A DNA stretch of 34,301 nt from Trebonia sp. (GTDB lineage Bacteria; Actinomycetota; Actinomycetes; Streptosporangiales; Streptosporangiaceae). Positions 9,469-16,953 of the stretch are shown here, piece by piece (positions within the stretch are counted from its first letter, which is position 1; each line of letters starts with the position of its first letter). Both the position numbers and the translations under genes were made by a program. The stretch spans positions 1 through 34,301 of the forward strand of contig DASZKN010000123.1 in NCBI GenBank assembly GCA_035552855.1, written 5' to 3'. The notes under the pieces are model-generated. The model saw only the letters and a program-made list of their open reading frames with translations, was not told the origin of the DNA and did not search any database.

Positions 9469-11154
9469 TTAGACCTCGATGACCACCGGGATGATCATCG
9501 GGCGGCGGCGGTAGTTGTCGCTCACCCACTTGCCGATGACCCGCCGGGCCAGCTGGCGCAGCGAGTGCGCGTCGCCGATGCCGTCGGCGGCGGCGCGGTC
9601 GAGCGCCTCCTCGACCTTCGGCAGCACGCCGGCGAACGACGTCTCGTCGATGCCGGAGCCGCGCGCGTGGATCTCCGGCCCGCCGACGACCTTGCCGTTG
9701 CTCGCGTCGAACACGATGATGACCGAGATGAAGCCCTCCTCGCCGAGGATGCGGCGGTCCTTGAGCTGAGACTCGGTCACCTCGCCGACGGTCAGCCCGT
9801 CCACGTAGACGTACCCGCACGGCACGGCGCCGGCGATGCCGGCCCGGCCGTCGACGAGGTCCACGACGACGCCGTCCTCGGCGATCACGATGCGGTCGTC
9901 CGGCACCCCGGCCAGGGACGCGAGCCGCGCGTGCGCCCGCAAGTGCCGCCACTCGCCGTGCACCGGCATGAAGTTCCGCGGCTTGACCAGGTTGAGGACG
10001 TACAGCAGCTCGCCGGCGGGCGCGTGCCCGGACACGTGCACGAGCGACGATTCCTTGTGCACGACCCGGGCGCCGAGCCTGGTCAGCCCGTTGATCACCC
10101 GGTACACGGCGGTCTCGTTACCGGGAATCAGCGACGACGCCAGGATCACCGTGTCCCCCGCCGCGATGCGGATCGGGTGGTCCCGCCCCGCCATCCGCGA
10201 CAGCGCCGACATCGGCTCGCCCTGGGAGCCGGTCGAGATCAGCACGACCTCAGAGGGCGGCATTTCCTCGGCCTCGCGCAGGTCGACGAGCAGGCCGCCG
10301 GGCACCCGCAGGTAGCCGAGGTCGCGCGCCACGCCCATGTTGCGCACCATGCTCCGGCCGACGAAGGCGACCTTCCGCCTGTGCCGGACCGCGACGTCGA
10401 GCACTTGCTGCACCCGGTGCACGTGCGACGCGAAGCACGCGACGATGATCCGCTGGTCCGCGCCCGCGAACACGTCGTTGAGCACCGGCGCGATGTCCCG
10501 CTCGGACCGGACGATGCCGGGCACCTCGGCGTTGGTCGAGTCGGCGAGCAGCAGGTCCACGCCCTCCTCGCCGAGCCGCGCGAAGCCGGCCAGGTCGGTC
10601 AGCCGCCCGTCGAGCGGCAGCTGGTCCATCTTGAAGTCGCCCGTGTGCAGCACGGCCCCGGCCGGCGTCTTGATGGCTACCGCCATCGCGTCCGGGATCG
10701 AATGGTTAACCGCGAAAAACTCACAGGCGAATGGACCGAACGCGACCTGCTGACCCTCTTTGACTTCCAGTGTCTCGGGCGACAGGCGATGCTCGGTCAG
10801 CTTGGACCTGACCAGCGCCAGGGTCAGCTTGGACCCGACGAGCGGGATGTCCTGGCGTTCCCGCAGCAGGTACGGCACCCCGCCGATGTGGTCTTCGTGG
10901 GCGTGGGTCAAGACTAGCGCTTCCACGTCGTCCAGCCGGCCTTCCAGCCAGCCGAAGTCCGGGAGGATCAGGTCCACGCCGGGCTGATCTGCTTCGGGGA
11001 ACAAGACACCGCAGTCGACGATCAGCAGGCGGCCGCCGTATTCGAAGACGGTCATGTTCCGGCCGATCTCGCCGAGTCCGCCGAGCGCTACGACGCGCAG
11101 CCCGCCATTGGCGAGCGGGGGCGGCGAGGTCAGTTCGGGATGCGGGTAGCTCAT
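9469..11154 (-). CDS. rnj: Ribonuclease J
   Basis: LGGLGEIGRNMT, THAHEDHIGG, NHSIPD, HTGDFK, FASHVHR, HVSGHA, PVHGEWRH. 561 aa, directly downstream of dapA. Confidence 0.97.
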   Translation of the reverse strand: MSYPHPELTSPPPLANGGLRVVALGGLGEIGRNMTVFEYGGRLLIVDCGVLFPEADQPGVDLILPDFGWLEGRLDDVEALVLTHAHEDHIGGVPYLLRERQDIPLVGSKLTLALVRSKLTEHRLSPETLEVKEGQQVAFGPFACEFFAVNHSIPDAMAVAIKTPAGAVLHTGDFKMDQLPLDGRLTDLAGFARLGEEGVDLLLADSTNAEVPGIVRSERDIAPVLNDVFAGADQRIIVACFASHVHRVQQVLDVAVRHRRKVAFVGRSMVRNMGVARDLGYLRVPGGLLVDLREAEEMPPSEVVLISTGSQGEPMSALSRMAGRDHPIRIAAGDTVILASSLIPGNETAVYRVINGLTRLGARVVHKESSLVHVSGHAPAGELLYVLNLVKPRNFMPVHGEWRHLRAHARLASLAGVPDDRIVIAEDGVVVDLVDGRAGIAGAVPCGYVYVDGLTVGEVTESQLKDRRILGEEGFISVIIVFDASNGKVVGGPEIHARGSGIDETSFAGVLPKVEEALDRAAADGIGDAHSLRQLARRVIGKWVSDNYRRRPMIIPVVIEV

Positions 11155-11244
11155 CGCATGGCCCCGCGGTCGCTGTGTGTCGCGGTCACGTGTATTACGG
11201 TCACGTCCATCGCTTCGTGTTGAGTTAACTGATGAGGGAGGGGT

Positions 11245-12141
11245 CTAGCTGATCTTCACGCCGCCGGCGCTCAGGTCCTCGCGGAGCCGGCGCCGCTCGG
11301 CGTCGCTGGCCGGGAGCAGGGGCAGTCGGACGCCGCCGCCGGGCACGCCCAGCAGGTCCAGGGCCGCCTTGACCATGACCGCGCCCTGGTTGCGGAACAG
11401 CCCGTCGTACAACGGCAGCAGTTCGTGATGGATGCGGGCCGCCTCGGCGTTGCGGCCGGCCGTGAAGGCTTCGATCAGCTCGGCGAGCCGGTCGCCGGCG
11501 ACATGGCCGACCACGCTGATGAAGCCCACCGCGCCGAGCGACAGCCACGGCAGGTTGAGCATATCGGTGCCGCAGTAGTAGACGAGGTCGCTGCCGGCCA
11601 GCACGTGCGAGGTGGCACCGGGCCGGTCCTTGGCGTCCTTGACGCCGATGATCCGCGGATGCGCGGCGAGCTTGATGAGCGTCCTCGTCTCGACCTCGGC
11701 GCCGGCCCGGCCGGGGATGTCGTAGATGAGCACCGGGAGGTCCGTGCTGTCCGCCACCGCGGTGAAGTGCGCGGCGAGCCCCTCCTGGGCGGGCTTGCTG
11801 TAGTACGGAGTAACGACTAGCAGGCCAGCCACCCCGGCCCGTTCAGCCTGACGGGCTAGCTCAATGGTGTGGGCCGTCACGTTCGTGCCCACCCCGGCCA
11901 CCACCTTGGCCCGGTCCCCGACCGCCTCCAGCACCACCCGGAGCAAGCGCTCTTTCTCCTCGTCGGTGGTGGTGGGCGCCTCCCCGGTCGTCCCGTTGAC
12001 CACAAGCCCCTCGTTGCGCATGTCATCGACCAGGTAGGCGGCCAGCCGGGCCGCACCGTCGTAGTCAACCGCGCCATCCGAGGTCATGGGGGTGATCATC
12101 GCCGTCATCATGCGGCCAAACGGTGCCTCGGGTGTGGTCAT
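11245..12141 (-). CDS. dapA: 4-hydroxy-tetrahydrodipicolinate synthase
   Basis: TAMITP, NGTTGEAPT, VTPYYSKP, IYDIPGR, Schiff-base GVKDA. Conserved dapA-rnj pair. Confidence 0.96.
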   Translation of the reverse strand: MTTPEAPFGRMMTAMITPMTSDGAVDYDGAARLAAYLVDDMRNEGLVVNGTTGEAPTTTDEEKERLLRVVLEAVGDRAKVVAGVGTNVTAHTIELARQAERAGVAGLLVVTPYYSKPAQEGLAAHFTAVADSTDLPVLIYDIPGRAGAEVETRTLIKLAAHPRIIGVKDAKDRPGATSHVLAGSDLVYYCGTDMLNLPWLSLGAVGFISVVGHVAGDRLAELIEAFTAGRNAEAARIHHELLPLYDGLFRNQGAVMVKAALDLLGVPGGGVRLPLLPASDAERRRLREDLSAGGVKIS

Positions 12142-12228
12142 ACCGAAACGTTACCGTCGCGGGGAGACCGGCGCCACCGCACACGCGCCCGCCGGGGCAG
12201 TTGACCGGGAACGGTCTATCCTCCGAGC

Positions 12229-12981
12229 GTGAGCACTGATGCGTTGACGGTGCCGGCCAGGCTGCTGAGCCTGTTCGACGCGTACACGGAAGGGCACGCC
12301 GCCTTCTCGCTCTCCGAGCTGTCCCGGCGGGCCGGCCTGCCCCTCACGACGACGCACCGGCTCGCCGGCGAGCTCCAGCGGTGGGGCGGGCTGGAGCGCG
12401 GCGCGGACGGCAAGTACCGGATCGGGCTGCGGCTGGTCGAACTGGCCGCGCTGTGCCCGCGCGGTACCGGGCTGCGGGATGTCGCGCTGCCGTTCATGCA
12501 GGACCTGTACGAGGCCACCCACCAGAACGTGCAGCTCGCCGTGCGGGACGGCACCGACGGCGTCTACGTCGAGCGGATCGCGGGACGGCAGGCGGTGCCG
12601 GTCCGCACGCGGATCGGGGCGCACTGGCCGCTGCACGCGACCGGCGTGGGCCTGGCGCTGCTGGCGTTCGCGCCCGTGCCCGTGCAGGAAGCCGTGCTCA
12701 GCGCCCCGCTGCCGCGGTTCGCCCCGCACACGATCACCGACCCCGTGGTGCTGCGCCGCGTCCTCGCCGAGGTGCGCAAGACCGGCGTCGCGCTGTCGGA
12801 CCGGCAGGTCGACGACGACGCGTACTCAGTGGGCGCGCCGATCACCGGGCCGGACGGGCAATGCGTCGCGGCGCTGTCGATCGTCGTCGGGTACGGCGAC
12901 CCGGGCCGGGCGTCCTGGGGCCCGGCGGTGCGCGCGGCCGCGATCGGGATCTCCCGGCGGCTGCGGCGCGCACCGTCTTAG
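12229..12981 (+). CDS. IclR family transcriptional regulator
   Basis: wHTH SLSELSRRAGLPLTTTHRLA, YRIGLRL, PLHATGVGLALLA, SVGAPI. TATCCT 6 nt before the GTG. Confidence 0.93.
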   Translation: MSTDALTVPARLLSLFDAYTEGHAAFSLSELSRRAGLPLTTTHRLAGELQRWGGLERGADGKYRIGLRLVELAALCPRGTGLRDVALPFMQDLYEATHQNVQLAVRDGTDGVYVERIAGRQAVPVRTRIGAHWPLHATGVGLALLAFAPVPVQEAVLSAPLPRFAPHTITDPVVLRRVLAEVRKTGVALSDRQVDDDAYSVGAPITGPDGQCVAALSIVVGYGDPGRASWGPAVRAAAIGISRRLRRAPS

Positions 12982-13073
12982 GCGTCGCCAGTCAGCTGAC
13001 CGGCGACGACCCGATGTCGCCGGCGGCGAAGACCCACGGGGAGACGGCCGACGCGAGCTCGGGGGTACTCGCG

Positions 13074-13238
13074 TCAGCCGCTCATTACCAAGAGTCGCAC
13101 GATGATGTCTTCCGTATCTGGATTCATCCACCGCCGGTCGCCGGCCAGGCCCCACGGTTCCACGCTTGACTCGGCGAGCGGCTCGCCCCGGCAGGACTTC
13201 ACCGGGTACCGGCAGAGGCCGGTAACGCTGATCGGCAT
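13074..13238 (-). pseudogene. Truncated MOSC-domain (YcbX/mARC-like) gene remnant
   Basis: MPISVTGLCRYPVKSCRGEPLAESSVEPWGLAGDRRWM is the MOSC_N signature (YPVKS...GL.GDR.WM). Similarity then stops and a TGA follows after 54 codons. Confidence 0.8.
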
Positions 13239-13259
13239 ATGCCGGTTATCGTCGCCTCT

Positions 13260-14675
13260 ATGGATTCTGCGCCCGCGACAAGCGTCCCCGATACGCGTCA
13301 GCTGATCGAAGCACTGAGCCGGGAGCTGCCGGCCGGCCGGCTCGTGGCGGATCCCGGGGTGCTGGCCGCGATGTCGCACGACGACGCCGAATGGGCGCCG
13401 GCGGGCCGGGCGGCCTGCGGCGTGCGGGCGCGCTCGGAGGCGGAGGTGCAGTCCGTCGTGCGGACGTGCGCGTCGCTGCGGGCGCCGATCGTGCCGCGCG
13501 GGTCGGGCACCGGCCTGTCGGGCGGCGCGAACGCGGTCGACGGCTGCGTGATCCTCGACGTGTCGCGGATGAACAAGGTGCTTGAGATCGACCGCGACAA
13601 CCTCGTGTGCGTGGTGCAGCCGGGGATCGTCAACAACGACCTGAAGGCCGAGGTCGCCGCGCACGGGCTGTGGTATCCGCCGGATCCGGCGAGCGCCCCG
13701 TGGTCCTCGATCGGCGGCAACGTCGCCACCAACGCCGGCGGACTGTGCTGCCTGAAGTACGGGGTGACCCGCGACTATGTGCTGGGCCTGCGCGCGGCGG
13801 GCGGCGGCCCGGTGCCGTACGGCGCGGTGACGCGGCTCGGGCGGCGGACCAGCAAGGGCGTGGCCGGGCTCGACCTGGTCGGGCTGTTCGTCGGCGCGGA
13901 GGGGACGCTGGGCGTCGTCACGGAGATCACGCTCCGGCTGCGTCCCGCACTTACGGGGACGCCGCGGACGGTGGTGGGGGCGTTCGGCCGCCTGGTCGAC
14001 GCCGGATCGGCGGTCTCACTGATCACGCGGCGCGGCCTCACGCCGTCGGTGCTGGAACTACTCGATCACTCCTGCCTGGTCGCCGTGGAGGAATGGAAGC
14101 ACCTGGGGCTGCGGGCGGACGCGCACGCGCTGCTGCTCGCCCGGGTCGACACACCCGGGGACCACGGGGAGACGGAGGCCGGCGCGCTGGCGGCCGCGAT
14201 GACCGACGCGGGCGCGCTGTGGGCCGAGCAGTCGACCGACGACGTGGAGGCAGAGGCGCTGTTCGACGCCCGGCGGCTGGCGTACCCGGCCCTCGAGCGG
14301 CTCGGGCCGGTGCTGACCGAGGACGTGTGCGTCCCCCGGTCGGCGGTGCCCGCCATGCTCGCGTCGATCGAGTCCATCGCGGCCAAGCACGGCGTGCGGA
14401 TCGCGACGATCGCGCACGCGGGCGACGGGAACCTGCATCCGCTGCTGGTCACGCCGCCCGGCGACGACGCTGCCCGGGTGGCGGCGCAGGCCGCGTTCGA
14501 GGAGTTCCTCGACGCGGCGATCGGGCTCGGCGGCACGGTGAGCGGCGAGCACGGCATCGGCCTGCTCAAGCGCGACGGCATGCGCCGGGAACTCGACACC
14601 GGGGCGCTCGCGATGCAGGACGCGATCCGCCAGTCTCTCGACCCGCTGGGGATCTTCAACCCCGGCAAGGGCTAG
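13260..14675 (+). CDS. FAD-linked oxidase (GlcD/D-lactate dehydrogenase family)
   Basis: PRGSGTGLSGGA, YPPDPAS, IGGNVATNAGG, EGTLGVVTE, HAGDGNLHP, SGEHGIG, DPLGIFNPGK. Start set at ATG 13260 (TATCGT 7 nt upstream). Confidence 0.92.
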   Translation: MDSAPATSVPDTRQLIEALSRELPAGRLVADPGVLAAMSHDDAEWAPAGRAACGVRARSEAEVQSVVRTCASLRAPIVPRGSGTGLSGGANAVDGCVILDVSRMNKVLEIDRDNLVCVVQPGIVNNDLKAEVAAHGLWYPPDPASAPWSSIGGNVATNAGGLCCLKYGVTRDYVLGLRAAGGGPVPYGAVTRLGRRTSKGVAGLDLVGLFVGAEGTLGVVTEITLRLRPALTGTPRTVVGAFGRLVDAGSAVSLITRRGLTPSVLELLDHSCLVAVEEWKHLGLRADAHALLLARVDTPGDHGETEAGALAAAMTDAGALWAEQSTDDVEAEALFDARRLAYPALERLGPVLTEDVCVPRSAVPAMLASIESIAAKHGVRIATIAHAGDGNLHPLLVTPPGDDAARVAAQAAFEEFLDAAIGLGGTVSGEHGIGLLKRDGMRRELDTGALAMQDAIRQSLDPLGIFNPGKG

Positions 14676-14749
14676 CAGCCGGTAACTAAAGCGGTTCGCT
14701 CGCCAGTCAGAGCGGGCCGGCTGATGTGCGGGCCGGCTGATGTGCGGGC

Positions 14750-14793
14750 AGCGGCCGGGAGCCGCCGCTTGTCCGGCAACATGCGTCACGCAT
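14750..14793. repeat. Dispersed intergenic repeat family A, copy 2
   Basis: Homologous to 7703-7744. Preceded by a 16-bp tandem duplication, GCGGGCCGGCTGATGT x2. Confidence 0.65.
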
Positions 14794-14885
14794 GTCACAG
14801 CCGGGCAAAAACTCCTCGTTATCACCGCGCCGCCCGGGCGCCGGGCGCCTTTAGCCGCGAAAAGGCCCCGCTCGGACACCTCCGC

Positions 14886-14909
14886 AACGTGTCGAATGCG
14901 CAGTCGACA
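14886..14909. repeat. Palindromic REP-like repeat family B, copy 1
   Basis: The core GTCGAATGCGCAGTCGAC (14891-14908) is identical to 16156-16173. The 24-mer is the reverse complement of 16187-16210 with 1 mismatch. Confidence 0.75.
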
Positions 14910-14951
14910 CACTGGGGGCCGCGGCGGTTGAGGTTGGGGGGCCGCGGGCGG

Positions 14952-15554
14952 TTACGGGAGCAGGCGGCGCAGCAGTTCCTCGACCGCCGTACGGCCCTCG
15001 GCCAGCGCCGCTTCGGAGTCGCCGGCGCGCGCGATCATCATCGCCATCTCGTCGATCGCGCCCAGGATCATGTGCGCGAACGCGGTGACCAGCTCGGGGG
15101 CCAGGCGACCCTCGTCGGAGATCGCCTGCAGCAGCGCCCGCATCGCCGCCAGCGCCTGCTGCTGATCGGGGTCATGCCAGCGCTCCGTGCCGAGTACGGA
15201 CGGGGCGTCGAGCAAGATGATCCGCTGGATCACCGGGTCACGCGCCATCTCGATCCAGCCAAGCGCGGCGGCCCGCAGCGTGGCGACCGGGTCCCCCGCG
15301 TCGCCGGCCACCGCCGTCAACTCGGCCATGATGCGCGCCTCGAGGGTCTCCACCACGGCCTCGAACAGGGCGTCCTTGCCCGGAAAGTGATGGTAGAGCG
15401 CGCCCCGGCTGACGCCGGCCGCCGTGAGCACTTCCTCGATCGACGTGTCCTCGTATCCGCGGGCCGCGAACAGCCCGGTCGCGACGTCGATGAGCTGCTC
15501 GCGCGTGGCCTGCCCGCGTGCCACGCGCTTGCTCATGTTGCCCGGCTCGGTCAT
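14952..15554 (-). CDS. TetR/AcrR family transcriptional regulator
   Basis: TREQLIDVATGLFAARGYEDTSIEEVLTAAGVSRGALYHHFPGKDALF HTH. Exact start uncertain (15536-15584). Confidence 0.93.
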   Translation of the reverse strand: MTEPGNMSKRVARGQATREQLIDVATGLFAARGYEDTSIEEVLTAAGVSRGALYHHFPGKDALFEAVVETLEARIMAELTAVAGDAGDPVATLRAAALGWIEMARDPVIQRIILLDAPSVLGTERWHDPDQQQALAAMRALLQAISDEGRLAPELVTAFAHMILGAIDEMAMMIARAGDSEAALAEGRTAVEELLRRLLP

Positions 15555-15580
15555 GAGACTCATTTGTACCAGGATCGTCG

Positions 15581-15627
15581 ACAAACCGACTGTCGGTATG
15601 TTTAAAATAAACCGACAGTCGGTCTGT
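15581..15627. promoter_or_regulatory. Tandem palindromic TetR operators
   Basis: ACCGACTGTCGGT (15585-15597) and ACCGACAGTCGGT (15611-15623), each with partly symmetric flanks, between the divergent tetR and hydrolase genes. Confidence 0.8.
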
Positions 15628-15663
15628 TACCCGGCATCGTAACGAGGACGGGGATATCCCACG

Positions 15664-16212
15664 ATGGAAGTCAGCACCTTCACCGCCCGCCGCAAGACAG
15701 TGACCACGCAGGCGGGCGACATCGCCTACACGGAGTTCGGCGACGGCCCCGCCGCCCTCTTCATCCACGGCATCGGGACCAGCGGCGCGGCCTGGCGGCA
15801 CGTGATCGAGCAGCTGGCCGGCACCACCCGGTGCATCGCCGTCGACCTGCCCGTGCACGGCGGCACGCCCGCGCGCGCCGACCTTTCCGTGGCCACGATG
15901 GCCACGCTCGCGCGGGACCTGGCCGACGCGCTCGATCTCGGCCAGGTCGATCTCGTCGGCGCCGACACCGGCGGGGCGGTCGCCCAGATCTTCGCCGCCC
16001 GCAACCCCGCGCGGCTGCGGACGCTCGCGCTCACGAACTGCGACACCGACGGGAACTTCCCGCCGCCCGAGTTCGCGCCCATCATCGAGGCGGCCCGGCA
16101 GCACCAGCTCGCCGGCGCGCTCAGCGCGATCACCGCCGATCCCGCGGCGTGGCATGTCGAATGCGCAGTCGACCGCGAAAGAGTGATGTCGAGTGCGCAT
16201 TCGACACGTTAG
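15664..16212 (+). pseudogene. Alpha/beta hydrolase, C-terminally truncated
   Basis: FIHGIGTS, AVDLPVHGGT, nucleophile elbow LVGADTGGAVAQ, LTNCD. The sequence switches to the family B repeat at about 16155, so the C-terminal part carrying the catalytic His is missing (182 aa). Confidence 0.75.
16156..16210. repeat. Palindromic REP-like repeat family B, copies 2 and 3 (inverted pair)
   Basis: GTCGAATGCGCAGTCGAC (16156-16173), a 14-nt spacer, then GTCGAGTGCGCATTCGAC (16188-16205): an 18-bp stem with 1 mismatch. Confidence 0.8.
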
Positions 16213-16275
16213 GATGGGTGCCCGCGGGGGGCTGTTAGCGGGCGGGTGCCTGGCGGTCGGCGGTCCGCCGTCGCG

Positions 16276-16788
16276 CTAGGCGGCGCTCGTGGTGCCTAGG
16301 TAGGCCTCCCACTCTGGGTTCCCGTCGTACTGCGCGCCGATGAGGCGCCAGTGCGCGCCGCGCGGGACGGCGGGGGCGACAGGAAGCGTCCAGCCGAGCT
16401 CGGTAAGCAGACGGTCGGCCTTGCGGTGATTGCACATCTGGCAGGCGGCGACGCAGTTCTCCCAGGTGTGCTGGCCGCCCCGGCTGCGCGGCAGCACGTG
16501 GTCGATCGTCTCGGCGTGGCGGCCGCAGTAGGCGCACCTGTAATTGTCCCGGCGCATAAGTGCCGCCCTTGTGAGCGGCACCCGATTGCGATGCGGTATC
16601 CGCACGTACCGCCGCAGCCGGATCACCGAGGGCGAGGCCAGCGACACCCTCGCGGAGTGCAGCATCCGGATGCCGCCGTCGTCGTGCACGACTTCGGCCT
16701 TCTCGCAGAGGACCAGGCACACCGCGCGCCGGAGTCCGACCGTGGTCAGCGGCTCATACGTCACGTTGAGCAGCAAGACTCGTCGCAC
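16276..16788 (-). CDS. HNH endonuclease family protein (McrA-like, conserved actinobacterial type)
   Basis: VLLLNVTYEPL, PSVIRLRRYV, RDNYRCAYCG...TIDHVLPRSRGG.HTWENCVAACQMCNHRK. GGAGG 5 nt before GTG 16788 (alternative start 16806). Confidence 0.92.
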   Translation of the reverse strand: MRRVLLLNVTYEPLTTVGLRRAVCLVLCEKAEVVHDDGGIRMLHSARVSLASPSVIRLRRYVRIPHRNRVPLTRAALMRRDNYRCAYCGRHAETIDHVLPRSRGGQHTWENCVAACQMCNHRKADRLLTELGWTLPVAPAVPRGAHWRLIGAQYDGNPEWEAYLGTTSAA

Positions 16789-16953
16789 GGGCACCTCCGC
16801 AGGCACCTTCGTGAGGCGCCGCTCGCATCACCAGGACACTCTTATCCCAGCGTGACCGAAGCCACGTGCCTCCGCCAACGGAGTTAATAGTACAAGGCCA
16901 CCGGCGGTTTCCCGGTTAATGGATGGTTACGAGCGAGAGCTATCGTTTCCCCC

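Noticed and set aside
14700-16210. Palindromic repeats as a CRISPR array
   Set aside because: Only three copies, irregular spacing, mixed orientation, and no cas genes.
16276-16806. HNH nuclease as a mobile element, defence gene or IscB-like effector
   Set aside because: No RuvC motifs, termini or methylase partner. This family is a normal neighbour of glbO/ettA in actinobacteria.
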